Source of the DNA: Balanoglossus misakiensis
Lineage: Eukaryota > Animalia > Hemichordata
Direction of reading: 5' to 3'
Length of the DNA: 64,000 nucleotides
Assembly (NCBI GenBank): GCA_040954595.2
Contig: CM082581.2
Coordinates: 682,001-746,000 of the forward strand
Each line of letters begins with the position of its first letter. The stretch's first letter is position 1. The position numbers and the translations under genes are program-made. This document shows, piece after piece, positions 34,001 through 48,300 of this stretch. The notes under the pieces were generated by a model, which did no database searches, was not told the origin of the DNA, and saw only the letters and a program-made list of their open reading frames with translations.

Positions 34001-36249
34001 TGCCCTTCTTTGTGATTAAAGCATGACCAGCCTGTCTTAGGTGGCCCCTACCTAGGGGCTTTACCCGTCATTGGCTCACAGTCTGAGAAATCAGCTCTGC
34101 AGGGAAGTTAACGATGTAACCCACCATTAAAGCTTGGATTTCTGCTTTTTGTATTTGATGCCTGGCTGAGGCCTTCTTAGGATCTACCCAACGCTGAGTA
34201 GGCTATCCCGTCATTGGCACACAGTCTCAGGGAGGGAGTCAAAAGTTCAGTATACCATCAAAGCCTTTATATTGTCCATTCTTTTTAAGAGAAGGCTGGC
34301 TGCTGTAGAAAAATGTTGATCTCAAATTTATCATGTCCAAAAAGCCAGACTTCCAGCCCTATTGGTTAGGCTGGCATTAGGTAAGTACATAATTAATGAG
34401 GCAAGACATAATACTCAATCAAATAGTTCCATCACTCCAAGTGTCAAGGTTGTATCTGCTCCGGATGCTAAAATAAAGGAATGTAGGTCAAAGTTTACCC
34501 AAGATCACACAAATGTTTGTCAAAAGATTTTGACCCCGAAGTTGTCCATGTCCAGGTTTCTACTTCAGCTGAATAGCCTAGAATTAGATATGCACATATT
34601 TAACGAGGTTACCATTGCTCAGGGGGGTCTTAAATTAACCATCAAATTTTAGTTTCATATTAATGCATATTAATATAAAACACTGTATCTCTAACCCTAC
34701 AGGTAAGCCTAGAATTAGGTACATGTACATGCGTAAGTTTTTGACAAGACAGTTAAGCTGTAATATATGTACATGAACCTTGACAATTGACTTAAAATAA
34801 CATAAAGGCAGAACTGATACTGATTGGAGATAGATATTACTAATGACAGTGATGTTAATTACACCAGGAATGTTTGTCTTAGTATACGGTAGCTTACCGA
34901 CTGCTTGAGGTTAAGTAATGAAAGTGCCCACTTGCGATTCACCTTCAAATAGCTACTTAGTCTTTGGTACATGTACATTGTTTTTCCAATGATTAGACAA
35001 ATGATATACATACGTGTAATTAAGGTTGGGTAGCATTTTCAATGTAATAAGCCCTGCCTTCACTATAATCTTACACCAAATCAACACTGTTCAGTAATGT
35101 GATAGGCTTCAAAGCGACGCTAGTTACATCATAATTCCCAGCAAGGGGTATTAGTTTATTGGGCAAGTGGCATGAGTGAGGCCAGACATTAGTTTTGGAA
35201 GCAAAGCGGACAGAACACTGCCGGGCATAGACTAGGTAGTTCTGAATGTGACCAAGGACGTTACCACATTAGACTCTGTATTGTAAGTTTCTGAAGAATC
35301 GCAAAAAATCATCAACAGTCTACATGTACTTCAACCTTGTGAGAAGTACTGTATAACACACAGGATATACTAGTCACTGTTGGTCAGGTTATTACACACT
35401 GTGGTCCCATCTGGGGATTACACAAAATTAGGTATGTCTGTGTTCATGGGAAAAATCATGTGACATTGGCAAGCAGATATGACCTACTGTAAGAACATTT
35501 CAAAGGAACCAGACAAGTATTTTAGGGAAAACAACATTCAACAATGACAAAAACTGCCTCAAACCACATATATCCAACTATCAACAAATTGTATAATATC
35601 TACTTCAATCACCACGCCTACCAAAGTTGAAAGCAATCTGACTAGTAGTTTCAAAGAATACAAATTGCAAAAATTGCCCCAAGACCACAATATGTAAATT
35701 TCACCAAAATGATATACAACATTACTTGGGTTACCTCTTGGAACAAGCATACCAAAATTTGAAAGCAATCTAAGGAGTTTCTCAGAAAATGAATTTTGAC
35801 CAAACATGACAGATTACAAATTCTGCGACAATTTAAACAAAACTAACTAAGATCACCTACCGGAAGTGTCATACTAAATTCTAAAGAAATCAGCCAATCT
35901 CTTTAAGAGGAAAAGATTTTTTTTCAAATGGTAAAACAAGACAAAATAATTGCATAAAAAATAGACAATTCACGATATAAACTCAAAGTATATCAGGTAT
36001 GATGACATTACCTACATGCATACAAATGTGTAAAGCAGTCTAACCAGTTGTTGAGTTTTGATCAATTCCACATATTTCACAGGTTATTTGCGTATTTTTG
36101 CAATGACAACTTCATTTAAGCAAAATCCCATCTACACACCAAATATCAAGGTGATACGCGAAGTGGTTTCATGTTTTGGATCAGGGCAGACATACATCCA
36201 TATATACATGTAACATGCATACACACATGTACACACACACACAAACACA

Positions 36250-36261
36250 TGCATACATGCA

Positions 36262-36295
<34 letters not shown>

Positions 36296-36323
36296 CATAC
36301 ATACATACATACATACATACATA
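36250..36323. repeat. (CATA)n microsatellite
   Basis: Directly visible. Confidence 0.95.
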
Positions 36324-36375
36324 CAGAGGGAAACGGTCTGGTAATCAATGTTGTGACACTAGCATTAGGCCTTAA

Positions 36376-36815
36376 ACCCGGGTGCGGAAAGCACTGGGGT
36401 TCGGATTAACGTGTGTTTGTACAGTTGTTTATTTGGGAGTGGTCGTCATGCATAATAACTGTGTAATTGATCTCATGTACATAGAAAATAATTGAACACT
36501 TTACACCTCTATGCGATTGACAGCTGTTTGAATGGTGTGGTTATTGTTTCCCAGGGATGCTTCTGAAAAGCACTGAAACCAGATTTCTCCCAAAATCATC
36601 GTTGTTTCAAAAGCTCGTGTACTTTTTCATCGATAACTTTATGTTGTGTGTGTTTATAAAGCCAACCACTGTCGTTGTGTGGTGTAATTCTTTATGCTTG
36701 GATCTGTTTGGGCCGATTTTCATAGAGCCAAGATCATTGGTGTTGTCTGTTGTCAGTCAAACGGCATTAAGATTCGCCACTGATTTGGGTGGTCTTTTAT
36801 ACCACGCATCGGGGT
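36376..36815. mobile_element. TTAA-flanked MITE-like insertion
   Basis: TTAA on both sides. Imperfect TIR ACCCGGGTGCG / CGCATCGGGGT. Absent at the homologous right-arm site (~48655). Confidence 0.65.
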
Positions 36816-39524
36816 TTAATGTTTACGATATCAGGACAATTTATATCATATGAAGTTTTATGTATTCATAATTATTCAGAGAAGCAAATTTTTAAAAATG
36901 TGAAATTGTTATCAATAGGATGTGCACTGACAGCATGCTTATATGGAATACAGGTACTCTAACACAATCAGTCATAACACTTTTGAATCATCAATAAATA
37001 ACATATAGAATAATTTTACAGGAATTAATTATTTATATTTGAACGCAAAGCGTAAATTCCCTTGTGCCATGGAATTCACAATCTGCAACTGGTGGGGTCC
37101 TTCTGCCAGTAAGAAGCATCAGATAAATTCTGCATGCTCATCACCGAGGCAATTTAGGTGTACTTTTGTACTTTGAGAACTGTCAGTTTTCGCAACTGAA
37201 ACTCTGCTCACAGGACAGAGGAAAAACTAGAATGACAACAGCTATGTAAGCTAAGAAAAGAAACACAGAGCATAGTTCTCCATACTCATATTTTAATGCA
37301 ATAATTTTTGCTGAAATTGGGGCGTCCGTGGGCAGGCAAAGGCAGTTCTAACTCAACTTGCAAATCAGGCCCATGTCTCTTGTTCCCTGAGACTGTCTGG
37401 TTCTAATAATTGCTGTAAGAACATAATCGTTGACCAAACGGTTGGTTCAATTTTGCAACATTTTATGATTTCAAGCTGTGCAATATTTGCAACTCTGTTT
37501 CAACTTTGGTTGGAGGGATGATGATGAAGCCATTTCACTGACAAAATAGCACTACTAACTGACATCCATATTTGTTTACAGTCAAATGCATTGCCATCAG
37601 AAAAATGCATACGAAAAAATTCTTATGTGAATAATACACACTTTCTTGCACAACTGCAAACTCTGTCACATTTGTGAAATTTTAAGGAAATTCATTCATT
37701 GGGTAGCTTTATGAATTCTTAAACAAACTTAGTCATGAAACCTAAATGGTTACCTTACAAATCTGGCGGCTCGACTTCTGTGATATGATAGTCTTCAATT
37801 AATTTGTATGTGATTCCATATAAATCCATTTGATTACCTGAACGTACAAAATAAATAAAAAATAAAAAATAATTAAAAATAAATAAGTATCTCATACATA
37901 TGCATAAGTGCTTGTGATAAATATATCCTGTATTTAAATAAACCTGTCATTTATTGACCTCGTTTTCCTATTAACCCAAAGGACTAGATTGCACTGTAAT
38001 ATTATTACAGCTTCATTTCAATGCAACAGGTACACTACATCATATTGGAGCAAATATGCCAGCTCAACATTGATATAAAGAGTGTCAAAATATTGGTGGC
38101 TACAAAAGCTTGTGTCCCTTCAATCCATCCTCGCACTCAGGTGAAAACGAACGTCATTAGTTTTTGGGAAAAAACCTCTGAAATCAATTTCGGTGAGGCC
38201 AAATGTGTTTCAAAGGCAAACCGTTTCTGGTAAACAAATCAATGGCAAATAATTACTTCGGCGACATACCAATCAGTCAACATGGCTGCCTAATCGTTGG
38301 ATAGCCCAGTTTCATCTCGCGACCATTCTATCTTCCGATATGGCGTTGCATGGTTAAATTCGTCTCTTCTTTGCCGACATAGTCAGGCGACAACGGTCCA
38401 GAAGCATAGGCAGCGACGCCATCTTGTTTACAATGTGAAGTATTGACTGCGCATGCTCAATAATTTTCCGCGTTTTTTTTTTGCCAACGGCGCGCGCGCG
38501 GTGTCTGGTATAGAGAAAATAACATGCAAGTGCGCGATTATTTATTTGTAAAAAATCAGTTATACATTTGTCATCAACGTTTGAAAACTTTCAATGATCT
38601 TACCTCGGTAAGCATTTCAAATAGGTACATTTTTTATTTAGAACCATCGTATGTGGAAAATAATAAAACACAGAGTGGGGATTGGCCCTATGTTTGACTT
38701 GATCATACCCAGCTCGGTTTGCGTTTTGTCATTGACGAGGGTGTCAGACTTTTGCTGAGAGAGTGAGTTTCTATAGCGTAAACGTTTATCGACTGGACTT
38801 TCTGTGGCCGGGGAACACGTGCAACTTTTGATGACTGTTTTTCTAGCGCCGTGTTTTTATCTTACGACCTAGAAGACCTGCTTTCGTCACCATGGTCTGC
38901 TCTGCACGTACTATGCTTTCTAGTTTATGTAGCTTGAAGTTGTACCACATTTTGGTTTCCGAGCTGTAGCGAACATAAAACCGAAACTAATAGCTACGTG
39001 TTGACCGCAGCGACTGCGTGTTTTTTTGTTGAGCTCGCTAAATTCCAAGTATTCCCAACCTACAGTTTATTCTCATGCAGCTCAGACTGAGGTCGCTTCT
39101 AAGAGAAAAAACAACAACATATTTTGGCTGTTGCCAGACCAGGAATGGAAAATCTTGAGTGGCGCTGGGCTGCATTTCTCTGTAGGACTGTAGTTGTATT
39201 GTGCAAGGGTTCGCCAGCATCGCCTTCAGACTTGTTGTCATAGTCACTGGTGGCGGTTTGTCCTGCACTACTCGTCGTTCTATTTGATGTGGTGGTATTA
39301 TTCTCAGATGTCTGTGCCGAGGATCCTGCCCGTTTTCCGATTCTCTTCGTTTTGTCGGCCATTTGCTTCACTTTTTCCGTCATTGTTGCGACGTCAGTCT
39401 CTGTTGTTGTTCGAAGGAGGCGAAAGTCCATTCACCATTAATAGCCGAATTTCCAAGATCGTCCGTTAATTACAATGCGACGTCACGCTACCATGTCCTA
39501 AGAAAGACTACAGGGCACATTTTT

Positions 39525-39690
39525 TTATCTCGTGCGCACGACTGACGTGTGCATGTGATATTTTCTCGTGAACACGAGTGCGCTCGCAATTTTCTCGTGC
39601 GCACGAGATATGCACGAGATAGCAAGTTTCTCGTGCACACGAGAAATCATCTCGCTGGAACAAGATACTATCTCTTGCACAAGAAATAGA
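39525..39690. repeat. Cluster of CTCGTGCGCACGAG palindromic motifs, likely a DNA-transposon end remnant
   Basis: Several copies of CTCGTG(C/A)(G/A)CACGAG at short spacing. Confidence 0.5.
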
Positions 39691-42117
39691 ATAACTGGCA
39701 GCCACTATGATGTCTGCCACAGGCAAATTTAAATATTCCACTCTGGATCTTCTTTCAGCCCTTCGGAAAACATGAGCATTTATGAAATCCGGCTCTCAAT
39801 TTTTCGAGAAGTTCCAGCAGTTGTGGTGTCGCCAAAAACGAATGTATGCCATTCCTGGCGGAAAAAAATATGCAAGAGACGCTTGCAATACACTGCCATC
39901 TACCTGACCGCCCTACATGCCTTAATGTAAGGTAGAAGGTCGGGCGGTAGGAAGAGTTCACCAAAAGAGGGCGCATTTTATCATCCATTGATTTATACTG
40001 TTTACGAGCAGAGAAGCCTCAGTGTTCGCGGTTAGAACCGTATCGGTAAGACAAAGACAGAAGAGTTGACAGACAACAAACTTATTCAGTTTATATCATA
40101 TAATTCTTACTGTAAAACGTTCCCTGAATAAAGCCTTGTGCTCATAAGAACATTGAAGATTGTCGCATACAGACCGACACCCTTTTATCTATTGTAGGTA
40201 TTGAATGGAACGCTAAATACCTGTGTATTTCTTATTCATTAAGCAATGATGTAACACAACAAGTTTCGGACAGTGTGAAGGAAGGGCCAAAGCACTCTTG
40301 CAAGTTAGTGTGGTGTACTCTTTTCCAACACTGCTGCAAGCTGTTCAGCACCTGATGCTGCTTGTATCTCCGATGACAAATGGACAGTCTGTGTGCTGTC
40401 AAAGTAAATCCATCAATTTTGCGGAGCTGAAAGGAAAATGACAGCTTGTCAAACTTAAATCTGCCAGACGAAATAGGGAAAGAAATGCATAACAGGTAAT
40501 CCACCATACTATGAATTTTAGCCAGCATCCTATGAAATGCGGTGAAACGGAACTGCAATTAATTTTAAATGAATTCTGCTCAAATTGTTTTCTTAGTTCT
40601 CAACATTGGATTGGAACCGTTAAATATAATGTACCGTATAACATTATCATACAGGTTAGTATGTCAAATATTTTTCCATTTGGCATTTTCTTCTTGAGGT
40701 CATTTCAACAGTATACACACCACAGTTTGTGAGATATGGACAGAAACAAACAGGAATCTATGCAATGTTATAATAGTATATTATTGTTAACAAGAAAGCG
40801 GCAACTCTCTGCCTGGCAGAGAATAATGATAGTCTTTTTGAAAAAAAAAGGGCGTGCTGAGGATATGGTCCGTCAAAAACATACATGTATAAGGTATGCC
40901 TGAACTAATTTTTAACATGGTGTACATAAATATTTATGCATTGTCACAATGACTGGAGGTCTTTAAATGACCAAGCTGTATGGACACCTCATTCAATGTT
41001 ACATATATTTGTTATTACATGTTTTATTGAAATTGCCAGTTGTCTGTTTTAATACTGGCAGTTCTGCTGTGTCTTTTGTCTTGCCCTGACAGAATGCAGT
41101 AATATTTGCAGTAAAAGAGGAGTGTCAGTAAATAGTGGAGCAATATCTTTCTACGAATGTACTCATGCATTGCTCCAAAGTGAAGTACATTTGCAAAACC
41201 AGTTTGGGAAATCGGGACTCTTTTCAAGATAATACCACATTTTTGTGGATGTCACATGACATGGAAACACGCTAGAATCACGATTGAGATAAGGTTTCGG
41301 TTTGATATACCACTTCCTTGTTATTTCAATCTGTATGTTTTCTTAACCCCCTCCCTCGAAAAAAGGTAATTGAGGTAATTGTAAAATTACCTGAAAACAA
41401 ACAGGCTACTCTAGCCTCCATTTTATGAGGTTTGTGATGTAACATATTTTGAATTTCGTGAATCGATCAAAAGTTTCCGTGCACCAACTATCAAAACTAC
41501 ACCAAAAAATAATTTGGGCAATTCATAAGGAGAATCTAGTGGGTCAGCGGCTATAGAACTGACGTAAGTGTAAGTATCAGAGGATTGTGGGTACGAGGCT
41601 GGGAAGAGCAAAACTCGAACACTCATGAAATCTACACGTGACGCCAAGTTCTTTGTAATATGAACAGTGGAAAACTGCCATGCCATCCCTCTAAGTGCAA
41701 ACTTCCAAAGATTTCAATCTGGTGATATTTAAAAAAAATATTTTATTCAAATTCATGTGGTGATATTTAAAAAAAAATATTTATTCAAATTCATGTTATA
41801 AATTAATTTTGCATCTATGATATAGAAATGACTCTGTCTTATATAACAAAAATACAAATAACTTGGTTAGATGACCAAAGATTTCCCATCTCGAAAAGTT
41901 TCTACCAAAATGACTATCTCCAAATCTGCTAAGAGAGCCCTAGCAAATTTAATCACTGCACATTACTCTCGATAAAACGAAATATTGCGCATTCATTTTG
42001 TCCTTGAATTGAAATGCATGGCCAGTGTTCATAGACTTCACACACACAGGATGTTTAAGGAGTTGAATTGTTATTGACAGCGACCAGGTCGGTAGATTCT
42101 ATAGGATGAAGTAAAAA

Positions 42118-43395
42118 TAGCGTCAAGGACACTGTGGTCCCATTTGAGGACATAAAACATAGCAACATAGCAATAAGCATATCTGCTCTGGATGCCAAGA
42201 TATGGAAAAGTAGGTCAAAGGTCACCTGAGGTCATGCAAAATTTGGGCATAAAATTTTGACCTTATACTGGTCCATGTTCAACAAAAACCAAACCTATAG
42301 CCTTATTGGTTAGCCTGGAATTAGGTATGCACATAATTAATGAGATATGCAGGTGTCACAGGTGACCCCCAATTTTGGCTTTTCAATGTTAGTCCCAACC
42401 CTCCAAACGCGAAGTCTGTACCTGCTCTGGATGCCAAGATATGATAAAGTAGGTCAAAGGTCACCTGAGGTCATGCAAAATTTGGGCAAGAAATTTTGAC
42501 CTTATAATGGTCAATGTTCAATAAAAACCAAACCTATAGCCTTATTGGTTAGCCTGGAATTAGCTTTGCACATAATTAATGAGATATGCAGGTGTCACAG
42601 GTGACCCATATTTTGGCTTTTCAATTTTAGTCCCAACCGTCCAAACGCCAAGTCTGTACCTGCTCTGGATGCCGAGATATAGGAAAGTAGGTCAAAGGTC
42701 ACCTGAGGTCACCCAAAATTTGGGCAAGAAATTTTGACCCTATACTGGTCCATGTCCCACAAGAACGAAACCTCTAGCGTAAGCCCTATTAGTTAGCCCG
42801 GAATTAGGTATGCACATAATTAATGTGTTAAGCAGGTGTTACAGGTGAGCCAAAAATTTGCCTTTTATTTTGGCCCCATTGTGCTCACTGACCAATAGAC
42901 AGTCACTGTACAGGACTATTGCACAGACCAGAATTCCACAATAAGACGTGGACATAGCTTAACCATAGAGGTATAAGTAAAGGTATAAATTTAATAAAAA
43001 GACTAAAAAATTTATAAAAAATAAAACATCCATGATATTAACTTAACACTTACAGGTCGATGTGAGGTTGACATAAGGTACATGCATACCAATTTTTAAA
43101 GCAATCTGACCAGTAGTTGTTGACTTTCAGAGTTTTGATAAATTTCACATATTACTGGCTAATTTGCATATTTTTGGGCCTGGCAACTTCGTTTGGACAA
43201 ACTCCCATCTACAGCCCTGCCTGCATCTGCACACCAAATATCAAGGTGATACGCGCAGCGGTTTTCAAGTTTTTGATGTGGACGGACATACAGACATACA
43301 TACATACATACATACATACATCCATACATACATCCATACAGACGCAACCCATCCCATAAGGTCCCATGGTATATAGGCCTATACCAATGGGACCT
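42118..43395 (-). mobile_element. Helentron-associated non-autonomous element (HINE/DINE-1-like)
   Basis: Minus strand: TTTTTAGGTCCCATTGG...CCATGGGACCT hairpin, (TATG)n, three ~239-bp internal repeats (42180-42850), subTIR AATGGGACC plus small 3' hairpin, T-rich flanks. Confidence 0.7.
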
Positions 43396-43854
43396 AAAAA
43401 TGAAAAGACAGTCAGTACATAGCTAAATTCTCCTATACAAGGGCGTCTTCAATTGGTACAGTGACTGACTGAATGGATGAATGAATGAATGAATGAATGA
43501 TGAACGGATGAGTCGTAATAATATGCTTCAATCATAGGGGCTTTGAAAATTATTTAAAAAAAATAAAAAATAATGTACTCACAACCGACATTTATACAAC
43601 AGACAGCTCAAGAAACTCCTCCATGTGTACAATACTTTGCCAATTTAGTGACAACATCAGCTTGCAGAGCACGTGAGCACCGCTTTCGCCAGCCTGTGGT
43701 GCCCGCATATCTTTTTTGTTCAGCAGTAACATGCACGACACATGCAGAGACACAAACGTCCATGTTGCAAATTGTAGATGAAAGCATCAGCTGCGCTGGT
43801 TTTATGGTCAGCATCACTGGCTGTTACATGAAAACTGTTTGTCACATACCTTAA

Positions 43855-44649
43855 GATGGGTCCCTGGGATCTTTTTGCGCGTTGCTATGGGCCTTTATAG
43901 GACATTACACCCCGATTTGGACTAAGCCGTTTTCAGAGTCTAACAAGGGGCTGGTAACTAGTTGAAAATCTGCACGATTGTGAGCGCGCGCCCCCTGACG
44001 CCATTGATATGCAAATTAGCTAGGTCAAATTTCAAAAGCCTAAGGCTTTTTATTCCATGACCTCAAAAACGAACTTGATGCGTATTCATTAGTTGCTTGA
44101 ACCAGGGAAGATCGTGACGGATTTTGTTTTCAAATATTATCGTTGTATCCTACGATTTCAGCATACCCGTACCACACCTGAAAAAGTCATCGATTTTGGG
44201 TGTTTTTGGACGCACTCTTCCACCGGTATCGCTTCTTAGCACGACGAAAACCGAAAAAACGATCCGTCACACTATGCGGAAGTGCGTTCTCAACAAGCAG
44301 GTCAAATTTGGCTGGCGTACGTGGCCTATGAAAAAAGCCTTAGGGATTTTCGTGAACGGTACAAAATCTCTGTGTACAAAACATTGGATTTTTAGCGTTC
44401 GATCCAGTTACTGTGGTTACAGGACGCGCACGCTATCGCTGACCGCTGCTTTGCCGTATTAGCGTGGCGGCCTATGGCCGGGCGGTAGCTGCCGTAACCA
44501 TACTCGGACAGGGGGTGTGCACACAATCGTGCGTATTTTTAACTAGTTACAAGCCCCTTGTCGGACGTTCATAACGGTTTCGATCAAAATTGAGTGTAGT
44601 GTCCTATAAAGGCCCATAGCAACGAGCAAAAAGATCCTAGGGACCCATC
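43855..44649. mobile_element. Non-autonomous DNA transposon, Kolobok-like, TTAA TSD
   Basis: TTAA|GATGGGTCCC...GGGACCCATC|TTAA with ~140-bp imperfect TIRs. Confidence 0.85.
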
Positions 44650-45192
44650 TTAACCAACATATACGTGTATCTGTATGGAAAGAAAGTAGGCTCACCCCCG
44701 GTACAATATTATTTTTTTTGCATGCACGCAATGGCCTGAATTTGCTAAACTGGGATCATCTGCGCGCATTTCAAAAAGTGCTCGTTGCTTAACTTCGTGT
44801 GCTTTATTACTACTCACAATTATTCCACTTGTGAACGAACACGTCACCCAATTTTACAGTGTAGCCATGTGGAAAACTGGTGACAAGGTAATATTTCATT
44901 CGAAGATCAACCTACGTTCAGAAAGTTTGCATTGTGGTGAATTCTCACTGCTCTCGCAATGCGGTCTGTGGCTCACTGCCGCTGACCGCATTACACGTAG
45001 AAATAAATTCTGTACGTCACAGTTCGTAGGTCGCATAGGTCATGGAGTTAATCCATTATACATTGCGGCTTACAATTTCTCGTGACCCTCTTATCATGCA
45101 GCTTGTGTGTTACTGACCACTGACGCATGTCAAAACACTCAATATTTTTTTTAAATTTGCAAAATCTTTCATTTTAAAGTCGTGATACTCAC

Positions 45193-45340
45193 TGCAGATA
45201 GCATTCTTTTCAGTAGGAACTATTTCTGCTGCCATTTCAATATTGTCTTTATTCCATGTAAATATATTTCCTCCAATTGAACAGTCCCCCGCCACAGCTG
45301 CAACCTCTTCTGCAGTCAGAACTTTTGACCACATGTATGT
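45193..45340 (-). pseudogene. Orphan exon fragment resembling a pentraxin-domain C-terminus
   Basis: YMWSKVLTAEEVAAVAGDCSIGGNIFTW matches the pentraxin NMW..VL...E......C...GN...W pattern and ends at donor A|GTGAGT. The upstream frame is broken. Confidence 0.45.
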
Positions 45341-48300
45341 CATTTAGTCAAGACAATTTGGGAGAACTGTAGTTTAAAGCCTCCAAAGCTGCCACTTTTT
45401 GCATTATTTTCATGATTTTATTTTCCAACTTAAATTGGTTCATCAAAATAAGCTTACTGATAGGTATACATAAACATCTTATCGATGCCCGATTGTGACT
45501 GCATGTTGCAATTGGAACATGCTATGTATTAAAACGGTGCCTCACCGATTTAATAAGCCTTCATACAAACAATAGCAGCTAAGCAGCTATCGTGAAATGC
45601 GACGCCAAGTGATGACAAACCAATGCAAATGCAAGTAATATGGCTTAATGGTCACGGGTGAAGATTTTAGGGAATAGGGAATATACATATGAAGTATTTT
45701 ACTCTGGAAAAAAATATGCCAATTTTAGCAGCTATAGGGTTTTTAAAGCGCGGGCGAAGTATGAACAGATGCAGTAAATATCGATACATTGTATTTTGGA
45801 GGTTTCTCATAACCATGATTGGTTGGCTAATTATGCGGCGTTTTCTAAATAAAAGGAACAATATTAATTTATTGTTGGGGCTCACCTCCGTTAACATATT
45901 GCCGTCTCTGCTGAGTGTTGGCCTCTTCCAGCGGCACGTGTTTGTCCTTTACGGCATGCTGTAAAATATTTAGAATAGCGCTGCCATTTGATCAAAGGAT
46001 AAGCTGGCTTCGCGTCTTAGGGATGTGTGTCTGACGACTATGCCTCGAAGCAAAAGACACAGCCGACCCTGCCACGCAGATTCATTTGTTGTGTCACACA
46101 TTTTCGATCCAAGAAGAGAATATCAACCTTGACGTTGCGAAAATGACAAGAAACTTTCACTCATATAGGTTGTGTGATTACTTACCCGCAACTTGTTGGG
46201 AATTGCTGTCACCAGAGGTGCCCCAGCGTGAAAGCCAGAATGACTGCGACGCCTGCATTGGAGTTCGTCATGAATGGAAACATCGATGAACACGTTCGGT
46301 CTTCGATGAGGCTAGTGTCCACAGAATAGGCATTCTTTTATAACGCAGCTGGGAGGTGGTAAATCCATTGTGATCACCATGCTATTAGTAGCCCAAGCAG
46401 TCAAAATTTGCGAAAAATATATCAATATGGAAAAATATATCAATGGGATCAATAGTTATTAAGCACTTTTTAAAAACAAATGACACCGTAAGATCAATTA
46501 TCTTGTTTTCCGCGACAAGTTTCAACATGGTATGTCAGCGCTACCAGTGAATAATATTATTAGAAACTATGACAGCTGTAACCGTGCGATTAATGATTTG
46601 ATCAATTTTAATCATATACTTGTAAATATTTGCGCGGGTGCAGGTTTAATAAACTGTGTTGATATATAGGTGGAAGACTGTTTAGTTTTCCAGTCAATTA
46701 TGTGATGTATTACGCCTGACGCTTAAATGATTTGGTCCAGGGAGAATAACCGTGTTTGGCCGGTCAAGCGAACCCTGGATCTTGCAGGCTCTGCCCACTT
46801 TCCAATCAACAACCATTGAGCATGCGCAGTTGATACTTCACATTGTAAACAAGATGGCGTCGCTGTATATGCTTCTGGACCGTTGTCGCCCGACTATGTC
46901 GGCAAAGAAGAGACGAATTTAACCAAGCAACGCCATATCGGAAGATAGAATGATCGCGAGATGAAACCGGGATATCGAACGATTTGGCAGCCATGTTGAT
47001 TGATTGGTAAGTCGCCGAAGTAACTATTTGCCATTGATTTGTTTACCAGAAACGGTTTGCCTTTGGAACACATTTGACCTCACCGAAATTGATTTCAGAG
47101 TTTTTTCCCAAGAACTAATGACGTTCGTTTTCACCTTTCTGTCCCGAAGTTGCAAACGTGTTGTCTCTGAGAAAATAAATGTGATTTGTACCCGCGATAA
47201 TCATAGTTCGGATTTCAACCCACAACATCAACGCCAGCCATTCACCAACATGTGCCAGATAATGTTTATCAGTCATATTTTCTCAGTCTGAATTTACAAA
47301 AGACTAATTGTATTGTATGTACATTGCAATTTTAATATGTAACACGTTTGACCTGAGTGGGAGGATGGATTGAAGGGACACAAGCTTTTGTAGCCACTTA
47401 TATTTTGACACTGTTTATATAAATGTTGAGCTGGCATATTTGTTCCCTTATGATGTAGTGTACCTGTTGCATTGAAATGAAGCTGTAATATTAAAGTGCA
47501 ATTTAGTCCTTTGGTTTACTGGGAAAATGAGGTCAATAAATGACAGGTTTATTTAGATATATGATATATTTCTCACAAGCACTTATGCATATGTATGAGA
47601 TACTTATTTATTTTTAATTTATGTATTTATTTTTAATTTATTTTGTACGTTCAGGTAATCATATGGATTTGTATGGAATCACATACACATTAATTGAAGA
47701 CTATCATATCACAGAAGTCGAGCCTCCACATGTGTAAGGTAACCATTTAGGTTTCATGACTAAGTTTGTTTAAGAATTCATAAAGCACGAATTCTACCTA
47801 ATGAATGAATTTTCTTAGAATTTCACAACTGTGACAGGGTTTGCAGTTATGCGAAAAAGTGTTATTATTCACATACGAAACTTTTCGTATACATTTTTCT
47901 GATGGCAATGCATTTAACTTTGAACAAATATTGACGTCAGTTAGTAGTGTTATTTTGTCAGTGATATTGCTTCATCATCATCCCTCCAACCAAAGTTGAA
48001 ACTGAGTTGCAAATATTGCACAGCTTGAAATCATAAAATGTTGCAAAATTGAACCAACCGTTCGGTCAACGATTATGTTCTTACAGCTATTATTAGAAGC
48101 AGACAGTCTCAGGGAACAAGATACATGGGCCTGATTTGCAAACTGAGTTGGAACTAACCTTGCCTGCCCATAGATGCGCCAATTCAGTGAATCTTATCGT
48201 ATTAAAAATGAATATGGAGAACTATTCTCTGTGTTGTGATTGTTAGCCTACATGTATACATATGTACCTTGAGTGATTCCACTTTCTTCAGTGTCCTGTG

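Larger units (their letters stand above)
29790..38461 (+). repeat. Left arm of large imperfect inverted duplication
   Basis: Reverse-complement matches: 29795-29910 to 58370-58495; 31280-31470 to 57250-57420; 33810-34400 to 50600-51200; 37770-38460 to 46816-47730. Confidence 0.88.

Noticed and set aside
7645-42850. Common ~80-bp periodicity among repeats (81, 82-86, 160, 239 bp)
   Set aside because: The sequences are unrelated and the periods do not agree exactly; cannot be distinguished from coincidence.
47137-47354. Intron loss between palindrome arms
   Set aside because: The indel is bounded by ACCT microhomology and the GT/AG sites are weak; a simple deletion is more likely.
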